Source of the DNA: an uncultured Planctomycetaceae bacterium
GTDB lineage: Bacteria > Planctomycetota > Planctomycetia > Planctomycetales > Planctomycetaceae
Reading direction: 5' to 3'
NCBI GenBank assembly: GCA_963976765.1
Contig: CAXBME010000037.1
Coordinates: forward strand, 1 to 64,000
Length of the DNA: 64,000 bases
This document shows positions 17,414 to 27,500 of this stretch, one piece after another (positions within the stretch are counted from its first letter, which is position 1; the number at the start of each line of letters is the position of its first letter). Position numbers and translations under genes: made by a program. Below the pieces are notes generated by a model, which was not told the origin of the DNA, did no database searches, and was given only the letters and a program-made list of their open reading frames with translations.

Positions 17414-18925
17414 ATGTTGTGCCAAGCCGAGACAATATGCGTCAGAGTCGAGAGTTGTGAAACCTCGCGCGCTGCGAGGCAGTTAGTCCGAGTTATTACA
17501 GTAGCGGTGACGTTGTCAGTTGTTGCTGCGACTGGTCCTTTATTCGCGTCTGGACTTGCCTCCAGAATTGCGTCTTTGCGGGTGACCACAGCGAGCCCAA
17601 TGCTTGCTCCTCGGCACGCGTGCGATCTGTTGTTTGACAGGACCGGGTTGGTCAATCGTCGTCATATTCATGCTCTGTTGGAGTGCGTTCATTCTGAAGA
17701 TCAGTTCGTCAGGGCGACTGCCGCCTGTGCCTTGGGGCGCATTCCTGACGTAAAAGATGAGGTTCTGACGCGGTTACGTCAGCTAGGAGTGAGCGACCCG
17801 TCTGACTTGGTTCGTTTTTACTCCGTCAATTCCCTTCAAGAGCTTGCGCCAGACGACCCCCTAAGCGTACGGCTTCTTCTGGGTCTTCTTGCTTCTGACA
17901 ACAGGTGGTTCGTGCAGCAGGCTAAGCTGTTTACGCAGCGGTGTCGGAGCCTAAATGCGAATATATTGCCGGTGCTCAAGGAGTCGTGCCTAAGTCCCCA
18001 CCCTGACGTTCGTCATGCGACTTCACGAATGCTTCCCTTGCTCCCCAAGTCACAAAGCATGGCGGCTCAGGAGCTTCTGTGTGCTCGCGTGACTGATAGC
18101 GATGCGCGAGTCCGCCGGCAGGCATGTCTGTCATTGGGGCAGCTGGCAGGCTGGACGGAAACATCCCATTCAAAGGCGGTTGCTGTTCTTGGAGACGCGA
18201 ATCCTGAGGTTCAGGCCGCAGCTGCTCTTGCAATTGCCTGTCATGCCGAGGTGAACAGCAGCAGCCTGGAGCCGTTGATCGGCCTTCTGGACAACCGCAA
18301 CGAAAGCACCGTTCTTGCGGCGTGTTACGCGCTCGCTCGCAGGTATCCAGGTCACGTGTCGAGCGAAAAAGCACTTCAGCAGCACGCTCAAAGTGAGAAC
18401 GACCTGATTGCCAGGTGGGCAAAGATAGCATGTGATGTGGAATCTGCACAGTACACGGAATACGTTGTTAGCATTGAGGGGGTTGACTGGTATGTATCAC
18501 GCACACTCCACTCGCTCGTAAGCTGTCAGTGCGATATAAACGGCAACCGATATGTACTACAGGTCGTAGAAATTCCAGTGGCGAACGGTACTCACAAAAT
18601 GAATATAAAGGACGCGTACTGTTCAGGGCCGGCAGCAGAGACACTGAAGTCGCATCCCGAAAGATCGATTCACCTGACTGAGCACGGACTGGTCTCAGTT
18701 TTCGACTTTACATTGTTGGCTGTACCGCAGGACTTCTGTGTCGTGTGGCAGTCGATGGAGAACGTCGAAAGCTCAGTGACATTGAAATTTCGCATCTCTG
18801 ACTTGCCGCGAAAGCTGCTGCCTCCTTCACGAGGACTGTGGACGGTAGATCAAATGGGAATTGATGCTTACGATGCGGTCGAGTGGTATCTAGATTTCGA
18901 TCTTCATTGTAAAAACTGCTGGTGA
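17414..18925 (+). CDS. HEAT-repeat protein with N-terminal hydrophobic segment, partner of cartridge 3
   Basis: VRATAACALGRI, VRFYSVNSL, DARVRRQACLSLGQL, NPEVQAAAALAI HEAT units. Confidence 0.75.
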   Translation: MLCQAETICVRVESCETSRAARQLVRVITVAVTLSVVAATGPLFASGLASRIASLRVTTASPMLAPRHACDLLFDRTGLVNRRHIHALLECVHSEDQFVRATAACALGRIPDVKDEVLTRLRQLGVSDPSDLVRFYSVNSLQELAPDDPLSVRLLLGLLASDNRWFVQQAKLFTQRCRSLNANILPVLKESCLSPHPDVRHATSRMLPLLPKSQSMAAQELLCARVTDSDARVRRQACLSLGQLAGWTETSHSKAVAVLGDANPEVQAAAALAIACHAEVNSSSLEPLIGLLDNRNESTVLAACYALARRYPGHVSSEKALQQHAQSENDLIARWAKIACDVESAQYTEYVVSIEGVDWYVSRTLHSLVSCQCDINGNRYVLQVVEIPVANGTHKMNIKDAYCSGPAAETLKSHPERSIHLTEHGLVSVFDFTLLAVPQDFCVVWQSMENVESSVTLKFRISDLPRKLLPPSRGLWTVDQMGIDAYDAVEWYLDFDLHCKNCW

Positions 18926-19017
18926 TGGCAATGCTGAATTTACACTGCTCGTGGCACATCCTGTGCGACTGTAGAATAATTCCCCTCATCAGGGGCCGCC
19001 ATATTTGTTATAATTTA

Positions 19018-19045
19018 TCAGGCCACGACTTCTGACGGTAGCTCA
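19018..19045. repeat. 28-bp imperfect direct repeat, copy 2
   Basis: tcaggccacgacttctgacggtagctca, 24/28 identical to 27-54, in an AT-rich spacer before cartridge 4. Confidence 0.5.
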
Positions 19046-19241
19046 CAGTTATTCAACTGGCCAGTGAGTGTTTTTTTTTAGTTAAACTGAAAGTCGAATC
19101 GACGTAGTTTGCATTCCGGAAAGGCGCATCATTGTTGCGGCAACGCGTCACGATGTGGCGACCAATCAAGTAGTGCGTTCAACTATGCGGCAGCACTATA
19201 TGGCGAAACCTCTTCTGTTGTGGAATTAGGGAGAATCAACC

Positions 19242-20438
19242 GTGAAAGTTGTCGATTACATCTGGCATCGAGATTCTGTCAGAACCAGGACTGATTCAGC
19301 CGCGAATAGTTCGACCTGCTACGTTCGACGACCAAGCCCTGAGGGGGGGCTAATCAGTGAAAAGCGTTCTAATACGATATCGTTTCATCATTATGATGTG
19401 ATTGGGTCAACTTCCGCAGAAACTGATGACACCCAGATGGTAACAGCAACCAGCAGGTATTCGGCATATGGGAGCTTGATTTCTCGGACTGGGAGTTCAG
19501 ATACTGACTACGAATGGATTGGAAGGTCGGGATATCAAAGCGACTCTTCTGCGAAACTGTACTCAGTTCGTCGACGGGTTTTCTCGTCATTAACTGCTCG
19601 GTGGACTAGCCGAGATCCAGCCGATTTCGAAATGCCTTTTGAGGCCTACGCCTATACTCATAATAGTCCTCTGAATCGAATTGACCCAAGCGGACTGATT
19701 GATATTGGCCAGTCATTCGAGGAGCCATTTCCACCGCAGGTCACAGTTCCGGGCCCTTGTCCGAGTCGCATTCCCAGGAAGTTCGGACATGCAAAAACAA
19801 CATTCAAGCTCACCGATGCCGAACGAAATGCACTGCAGGCTGCTGGTGCTCCACGCACCAGCCAGGGGTTTATCCAGCGTGTAGCAATCTCCATTACACT
19901 GCAGCAAGGCACGTCGAAATCGCTGACTCCTGCCATATGCCAAACAACTCCGGTCAAGGACTGCCCTGAATGCGAGGATTGCACTATCTCCTATCAATAC
20001 AATTTTCTGGAGACATTTGAGAATGACAGTACTGACAACCATCCAAATATTGTTATTGGAGCGGCCGGAGTAATACTTCGAAGCCACTTTCCGACTGTTG
20101 AGCAGAATCATTGCTGTGCGTCACTCTATGTCGCGACGGTAACAAAAACTATCGTGGCAGCCAGAGTGTCAGGTGGAAGTGCAAAGTTTGAAGGAGGTTC
20201 GGCGAGCATGTTCTGCGAAGGTAAAAGTATGACGATTTCTTTGGGTAAAAATGATGGCGGCCCAACCGTCCCAACTACAAAAATGTCGCGACGGGCGCGA
20301 TCCCTGGCGTTCCCGCCGTCCCCCCCAATAGATGGGCTGAATTTTTACCAGGCAACTCGCACTTTGCGTGCTGACCATCCTAAGTGTGGACCAGCAATCG
20401 TGACATCAAGTTTCTCAGGTTATGGAAAAGTTGAGTAG
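19242..20438 (+). CDS. Rhs-associated core plus payload, cartridge 4
   Basis: AGGGAG then GTG 19242; DYIWHRDSVR; RWTSRDP..YAYTHNSP..DPSGL (19683-19697); 9 Cys in the payload. Confidence 0.88.
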   Translation: MKVVDYIWHRDSVRTRTDSAANSSTCYVRRPSPEGGLISEKRSNTISFHHYDVIGSTSAETDDTQMVTATSRYSAYGSLISRTGSSDTDYEWIGRSGYQSDSSAKLYSVRRRVFSSLTARWTSRDPADFEMPFEAYAYTHNSPLNRIDPSGLIDIGQSFEEPFPPQVTVPGPCPSRIPRKFGHAKTTFKLTDAERNALQAAGAPRTSQGFIQRVAISITLQQGTSKSLTPAICQTTPVKDCPECEDCTISYQYNFLETFENDSTDNHPNIVIGAAGVILRSHFPTVEQNHCCASLYVATVTKTIVAARVSGGSAKFEGGSASMFCEGKSMTISLGKNDGGPTVPTTKMSRRARSLAFPPSPPIDGLNFYQATRTLRADHPKCGPAIVTSSFSGYGKVE

Positions 20439-20491
20439 TTGAGCCGCTGGTGTTGACGTAATTGGACCACTGCTGTCCGGGAGATTGTGTA

Positions 20492-22774
20492 ATGTGCCGA
20501 AGATTGGGGGCTGTGTTCATGATTTTGTGTGCAGCATTCGTCTTATTCTGCGTGTCTTTTTTCGCTCAGTCATTGTTGGCGGGTGCTGAGTCGCGTGATG
20601 GAGCGACAGAAAACGCAATGCATGAGAAGGGGCGAAGTGACACGAATTTTCAATCGCCCGTGCTGCTGCATGGTCCTGGACTTTCCGATTTAGCGATCAG
20701 CAGTGACAGCACGAAGATTGTTACGGTCGCTGGCGACATTCGCATCTGGGACTCACTCAGCGGCTCGCTGGAATTGCGATGGAGTGCGTTGCGTCCGACC
20801 CTTTACGCAGAATGGCTTAACGGCAATTCGACAATCGTGTCTACCGATGATCCGCAGAATGTTGACTGTCAGGGAAGTTTCTACGGTGTTCCGCTTATTG
20901 TTCCGCGAATTCGATTGTGGGATATTTCGACACAAACTGAGTTCGCAAGTCATGTCGTTCCAATTCCGTCGAACGCAACAAATCTAAGTATCGTTCGTCC
21001 AGTCGTTAACGCTGCTCGACAAAAAATCTGCTATTTTCATGAGTGCTACGACAATCGCACGTCACACAAAAACGGGATGGTTCCCTTTAAGTCGACGTTC
21101 GTTAGCAGATTGACAATTCTGAATGGAAGCGATCTTGGTGTAATGTCCTCGATCGAGCTGAATGATTCATTTGACGAGCTGGTCAGTCTGAATCATACAT
21201 GCAAATTGCTACTCTCTTCGGACTCGTCACTGGTGCTTGTAGATCTGGATAGAATTTCTGACACTTATGAAGGTCAGTCAGTCTCTTTGCCTGCGGGGCA
21301 TTATATTTACCAATGCTCCAATACGTTTCGAACTGCCGAGACGGACGGGAAAACGTATCTCGTAAGAGTTGAGTTTCGACACAACGAGACCCACAAGCCT
21401 CTCTATAGATTATTGGATGTCCAAACCGGGGAATACATTCATGAGACGCACCATTGGCAAGCCAATCTCTCGGTACGTGATCGTTGGTTGACTGGCTTCT
21501 ATGATGATGATGTGTCACCCTGGATCGATAGTCGAAACGGTAGTGCAGGCAAAAGGATAAATTGGAAGAGCGCAGTAGATGGGGACAGCGATTTGATACT
21601 CAGACGGCGTTGGGCCGCCGCCTCGCCACCGATCCTGAAAAGTACTGACAGAGTTACTGTTGTCGCATCAAGTGCTTCGACTTCGATCCAGGTCCTTAGT
21701 ACGGCTACTGGTGATAGGATTGTATCAGCACATGGGACGATTTCCTGTATCTCCGAATTGCAGCACGGGATGATTGCTTATGCTCTTGATCAAATTGAGG
21801 TCTGGCTTGCATCTGTTGAACCAAACAGACGATCTAGAACCCGGCTCCACACTTTCGGGAAGCCAGTTACAGCTATCGGAATGTGTCCAAACAGCAGGTA
21901 CTTAATCATTGGATTTGAGGATGGAACGCTGCAGCGTCTGCGAAGTGATGGGGCCATCGAAACGATAGGGAAGCCTCATGGGTCAGCAATTGCTCATGTC
22001 GGCATCGACGCAGCAGGGCTTCGCGGAGCTTGGATTGATCGGTCAGGAAATGCGAGCGAATGGATGATTGGAAAGAGTAAAGCCAACGCATTTCACGTAG
22101 TTAGTCCGTCATTCATCGATAAAAATATTCAGACGAATGAAGTCAAAGTGCATCAGAGAATTCTCGTTGAGAATCTGGGGAAGATCTCGCGAAACGGTCG
22201 CATTGTACTTAGATTTATGGTCGACTCAATGTTTCACGAAGATTATCAGCCACAATTTTCCCCTGGTGCGCTGCTGCGATCCGGTTCGCCGGATTCGTGT
22301 GCCACGCTTTCTCGACATAATCAAGTTGAATGGCTGAATTCCTTCGGAGCTTTTCTCGTCGAAGGCGTCCGAGAAGGGGAGAACTTGCGTTCAAGCCCTC
22401 CAGTGGGGACGGTTGGCGGTAGCGTATGCGATTCTGGGATATCTGAAGACGGTGCTCGCCATGCAATTGCATTTGCGTCTGGCGCTGTTGCGATTGTAGA
22501 CACCGTCAATGCAACATATTTACAGAGAATCGAAACTCGACCGTCTGAGGTAAAGTATGTTCGTTTCGTCGATGGCGGCAAGATGTTTGTAACCGTCGAC
22601 CGGGACGGCATCTGCACTTTATGGGATATAGAAAGTAGCCGCAGTGTGTCGCAGCTTGACAGTCGATTCTTAAACGTTGCGGCCATCGCGGCTGAACGTG
22701 TTGGTGACGTGGTGTCGATTGTTATGGCATCGTCCGATGGACTAATGAGCTGCTTTGCTCTTCCCGTTCCGTGA
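20492..22774 (+). CDS. Exported WD40/beta-propeller protein, partner of cartridge 4
   Basis: Signal-peptide-like N-terminus; IRIWDS, IRLWDI, GFEDGTLQ, DRDGICTLWDI WD40 blades. Confidence 0.75.
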   Translation: MCRRLGAVFMILCAAFVLFCVSFFAQSLLAGAESRDGATENAMHEKGRSDTNFQSPVLLHGPGLSDLAISSDSTKIVTVAGDIRIWDSLSGSLELRWSALRPTLYAEWLNGNSTIVSTDDPQNVDCQGSFYGVPLIVPRIRLWDISTQTEFASHVVPIPSNATNLSIVRPVVNAARQKICYFHECYDNRTSHKNGMVPFKSTFVSRLTILNGSDLGVMSSIELNDSFDELVSLNHTCKLLLSSDSSLVLVDLDRISDTYEGQSVSLPAGHYIYQCSNTFRTAETDGKTYLVRVEFRHNETHKPLYRLLDVQTGEYIHETHHWQANLSVRDRWLTGFYDDDVSPWIDSRNGSAGKRINWKSAVDGDSDLILRRRWAAASPPILKSTDRVTVVASSASTSIQVLSTATGDRIVSAHGTISCISELQHGMIAYALDQIEVWLASVEPNRRSRTRLHTFGKPVTAIGMCPNSRYLIIGFEDGTLQRLRSDGAIETIGKPHGSAIAHVGIDAAGLRGAWIDRSGNASEWMIGKSKANAFHVVSPSFIDKNIQTNEVKVHQRILVENLGKISRNGRIVLRFMVDSMFHEDYQPQFSPGALLRSGSPDSCATLSRHNQVEWLNSFGAFLVEGVREGENLRSSPPVGTVGGSVCDSGISEDGARHAIAFASGAVAIVDTVNATYLQRIETRPSEVKYVRFVDGGKMFVTVDRDGICTLWDIESSRSVSQLDSRFLNVAAIAAERVGDVVSIVMASSDGLMSCFALPVP

Positions 22775-22999
22775 CATGGCTAAGTGTTTGCTTGTCGCCC
22801 AGTGCCAGTGAGGTAGTCCCAACGATGTAACGCAGGTGTAGCTGACGAGAAATCCTCGTCAGATCGATGGTGTCCCATCGAATGGAGAAACTGGCCGATG
22901 AGACGTCATTGGCTCTATTGGTCTGTGCAGTTGTGAGTTGCCGGTACAAGTGTTCTGGGCAGCTGGTGCTGCATCATTTTGATGAGGTAGTGAGGTATC

Positions 23000-24496
23000 G
23001 TGCAAGGTGACGCAACGACGCACTACGAGGCAGCCTGCCGGGCTGCATGTGCGGCTGACACTGAGACAGCCCGACGATTGTTTAGCAGCCTCTCCAGTTC
23101 TGCATTAGAGCTCACCCGATCGCAAAGCATGATTGGGTTAGGCGTTTCGCACGCGATTGAAGGTGACGGTCGGATTGCAGCTCAACTACTGAATGAATCT
23201 ATTGAGCCTTCAACGTCGGCCATTGCTAGGCACAATCTTAGAGTCTTGGATTCCTGTAAACGCCCGATTCGGGTCGCTGTTGTAAGTTTGCTATTCAACT
23301 GGCCGTCGACTGGCGGGGGGACGGTCCATAGTGCGGAGACCGTACGATTCCTGCAGTGTGCCGGGTTCGAGACTCGCCACTTCTATGTCCAAAGTGAAAT
23401 GCTTGGAGTCGGCAGAGTCGATGGATTGCCGAACGACCTTCATTTTCCGATCGCAATCAGCGACAAGGAATTGTCAGCCGACAACGTTCGGAAATCAGTC
23501 CGGAGCAAGCTGGATGGGTTTACTCCAGACTACGTCATTATTACAGATAGTTGGAACTGCAAACCACTTTTGGCAGAAGCCGCTGAAGGCTATCCGTACT
23601 TTGTTCGAATAGCTGCCTTGGAGTGCTTGTGCCCTCTGAACAACGTTCGGATGCTGCCTGGTCCAACAGCCGGTATAGTTTCTTGCCCGAAACACCAATT
23701 TGGATCACCGACAGCTTGTAAGGAATGTGTTTCCACGAATCGAAACCTGTCGGGTTCGCTACATAGTATGGAACGTGAGTTGGCGGGGTTCGATGATTCT
23801 GACTATGTAGATCGGTTAAAAAAATGCTTCGAAGATGCCGACGGCGTGCTCGTTGTTAATCCATTAATTCGGGAAATGGTCGCCCCATACAGCAAGGCGG
23901 TCCATGTCGTGCCAAGTGGATTCGATGCTTCGCGATTTCCATGGCCATGGCCGAGGAGCGACGATCGCGGTCAGGATGAGCCATATCGTATTTTCTTTGC
24001 AGGTCTGGTCAGCGAGTACATGAAGGGATTTCATGTTCTGCAGGAAGCTGGGGAATTACTGAGCCGACGTCGGTCAGATTTCCGGATCATTGCGACGGGC
24101 GACCCAGCGGGACTCTATAATGAATTCACAGAATTCGTTGGCTGGCTTTCTCAGGATGAATTACCGGCGGCGATTAGATCCGCAGACTTGCTGGTATTCC
24201 CCACAGTGGCAGAAGAAGCGCTGGGCCGCAGTGCTGTTGAAGCGATGGCAGTCGGTCGCCCCGTTGTGGCGAGTCGGATCGGAGGTCTGCAGACGACTGT
24301 TCTCGACGGAGCGACGGGACTCCTGTTTGAGCCAGGCAACGCTGCCGATCTTGCAAACAAGATTGAGCGACTGCTAGACGATGGCGATCTGCGTAAACGA
24401 CTTGGAGACATGGGGCGGATGCGGTTCGAGGAACACTTCACATGGGAAGTGATAATTGATCAATTTTATCGGAAGCTACTGACGCGTCCGCAGTGA
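23000..24496 (+). CDS. GT4 glycosyltransferase with helical N-terminal extension
   Basis: KGFHVL..DLLVFPTVAEEALGRSAVEAMAVGRPVVASRIGG..DGATGLLFEPGN. Confidence 0.9.
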   Translation: MQGDATTHYEAACRAACAADTETARRLFSSLSSSALELTRSQSMIGLGVSHAIEGDGRIAAQLLNESIEPSTSAIARHNLRVLDSCKRPIRVAVVSLLFNWPSTGGGTVHSAETVRFLQCAGFETRHFYVQSEMLGVGRVDGLPNDLHFPIAISDKELSADNVRKSVRSKLDGFTPDYVIITDSWNCKPLLAEAAEGYPYFVRIAALECLCPLNNVRMLPGPTAGIVSCPKHQFGSPTACKECVSTNRNLSGSLHSMERELAGFDDSDYVDRLKKCFEDADGVLVVNPLIREMVAPYSKAVHVVPSGFDASRFPWPWPRSDDRGQDEPYRIFFAGLVSEYMKGFHVLQEAGELLSRRRSDFRIIATGDPAGLYNEFTEFVGWLSQDELPAAIRSADLLVFPTVAEEALGRSAVEAMAVGRPVVASRIGGLQTTVLDGATGLLFEPGNAADLANKIERLLDDGDLRKRLGDMGRMRFEEHFTWEVIIDQFYRKLLTRPQ

Positions 24497-24524
24497 CAGA
24501 CGGGCGAGCCCACAGAGTTGCATC

Positions 24525-27500
24525 ATGAGTATTCGGCGAGTCGCAGTTATCTTCGACAATGACGCACGCCCAGAAACAACCGGGTTCTATTGCCGCCGCG
24601 CGCTCGGTTCGATTCTTGAGGTGGAGCATTTCACTCCGTCAGAGCTGCAGTCGATTGACTCTAGTGCCTTTGATCTGTTTCTGAACATTGACGACGGCAT
24701 GAGGTATCACCTCCCGGACAATTTGCGACCAAGTGCGTATTGGGCAATCGATACTCATATCGATTTTGCCTGGAGTGTTGAAAAGGCTCAACGCTTCGAT
24801 TTCGTATTTGCAGCTCAACGCAACGGCACCGCGCATCTGCAGGAAAGCGGCATTTCACATGCTCAGTGGTTGCCACTTGCTGCCGATCCCGAAATTCATC
24901 GCTTCCGGCCTGAACTGGAGGCTGACTTCGATCTCACATTTGTCGGTAATGTGATTCCGGGGCCGCGTGCTGAACTGATGTGCGAACTGCAGAGTGCCTA
25001 TCCAGACATGTTCATCGGCCGAAAGTACTTTTCGGAAATGGCTGACGTCTATTCGCAGAGCCGGATTGCATTTAACTGCAGCGTCAAAGATGACATCAAT
25101 ATGCGGGTATTTGAGGTCCCCTCATGTGGGCCACTATTGGTCACTAATAACCTGTCAGAGAATGGTCTGGATGAGCTGTTCGTTTCTGGTGAAGAGATCA
25201 TTGTCTACGAGAGTCCTGAAGAATTGCTCGACCGGATAGACTACTTCCTGAAGCACGAACGCGACCGAAGACGAATTGCCCGCCGGGGTCGGTCACGTGT
25301 AATTGCCGAACACACCTACCGTCTCAGGATGGAACAGATTCTCAGACATGTGGAGAGTGCGTTATCGACTCGCGTTGTCGGCACTGGCAAAGTAGGAAAC
25401 GGTCCGGTTAAGCCTGAATGGTACTATGGCTTCGAGCGGCCAGAGGTCGTGAATCTGGTCCCCGCAGAGGCGCGAACGATCCTTGACATCGGTTGCGGAG
25501 GGGGAAGCCTCGGAAAGCTTCTCAAAGAACGCCAGACTGCAGTCGTCGTTGGCTGCGAATTGGACGAGCATGCTGCTGAGCGCGCGTCAGACGTGCTCGA
25601 TCGTGTTGTCGTGGGCAATATAGAGAATGTGAATGAATGCGACTTCGATGCCGATTCATTCGACTGTGTTGTATGCGCAGACGTTCTTGAGCATTTGAGA
25701 GATCCTGCGGCGGCGCTACGGCGGATTCATGGCTGGCTGAAGCCTGACGGTCAAGTCGTGCTCAGCCTGCCCAATGCTCGACACCACAGTGTCGTGACGT
25801 CTTTGCTTGCCGGGAACTGGACCTACGAAGCTGCGGGGCTATTGGACGATGATCATGTGCGGTTCTTCACACGCCGCGAGATCGAAAAGTTACTGTTCCG
25901 ATGTGGCTTTGAAATCAAACACCGGGAAGGCATTCCGGGCAGCGGCTACGGCGAGTGGGTTGAGTCTGGAAAGCTCGGTGAAGTGTCGCTGAACGGCCTG
26001 CAGATGTCCGGACTTTCAAGCGAGGATGCTGAAGAATTCTTCACTTACCAGTATCTCGTCCGGGCGCGGCGGCAGCGGATTCTGGACCACGGCCTGACGT
26101 CGATTATCATTGTGACACACAATCAGATTGCGTACACGCAGCAGTGCATCAACAGCATTCTGATGCGCACTGATGAGCCATTTGAGCTGATACTCGTCGA
26201 CAATGGCTCCGACGATGGAACGGTCGAGTATCTGGAAACGATTCCGAATGCGACGCTCATCCGCAACCCCGACAATCGCGGTTTCCCCGCAGCGGTCAAT
26301 CAAGGGCTGGAACGGGCTCGAGGAGATTACTTCCTGCTGCTCAACAACGACTGCATCGTCACGACCGGGTGGCTGAATCGACTCCTCCGTGTGTTTGAGT
26401 CACATTCAGATGTGGGCTTGGCTGGTCCGGTGTCCAACAACATCAGCGGGCCACAGCAGATTGCCGCGACATATGAAACTCTCGAAAACCTGGACGGCTT
26501 CGCTTGGGATTGGGGCAAAGCGAACGCCGGAATCATCGAGAACGAGGATCGACTCGTCGGATTCTGCCTGATGATACGACGCGGTGTGGTAGAAGAAATC
26601 GGCACCCTCGATGAGAGATTCGGGATCGGGTGCTTTGAGGACGACGATTTTTGCAGACGCGCGGTTGCCGCCGGCTATCGAAACGTCATCGCCAGAGAAG
26701 TCTTCGTTCACCACTTCGGCAGCCGAACGTTTCTGGGGAGCAAGGTGGATATCGGTGCCATCCTGGATGCGAACGCGCGCATCTATGAGGACAAGTGGGG
26801 GGGCATCGATCCGTCTCCAATTGGTCGTATCGAAACGGCAGAATCCGTCGACACAATCTCAGGAGACTCGAATCAAGCAGCTGGCACCAACCCGTTTTAT
26901 GCAGTGATGGCACCTGATCGTAGCCTCCTGCTACGGCGACACGATGTCACAATCTCACTTTGCATGATTGTGAGAAATAATGAGAACACGATACAGCCTT
27001 GCCTTGAGAGTATCCGTCCCTGGGTAGACGAGATGATCGTTGTCGACACGGGGTCGACAGATCGAACTCCCGAAATTGCCCGAAAACTCGGAGCGAAGGT
27101 TTCATTTTTCCCGTGGTGTGACGACTTCTCGGCAGCGAGAAACGCATCGTTGGAACAGGCCGTCGGTGAATGGATCTTCTGGATGGATTCTGATGACACG
27201 ATTCCGGAAGATTGCGGTCGCAAACTTGCGGAGCTCGCACATGAACCAGTTTCAAAGGAAGTCTTCGGGTACGTTATTCAGGTTCATTGTCCGGGAGCGG
27301 ACGATTCAGAGCACGATGTGACCGTTGTGGATCACGTTAAGCTGTTTCGCAATTTTCCTCAGCTCAGATTCGAAGGACGGATTCACGAACAGATTATTCC
27401 AGCGATTCGACGCGCAGGTGGGGATGTCTCGTGGACTGATCTACATGTTGTGCATTCAGGGGCCGATCATACATCCGATGGGCGGGCTGGTAAGCTCGAA

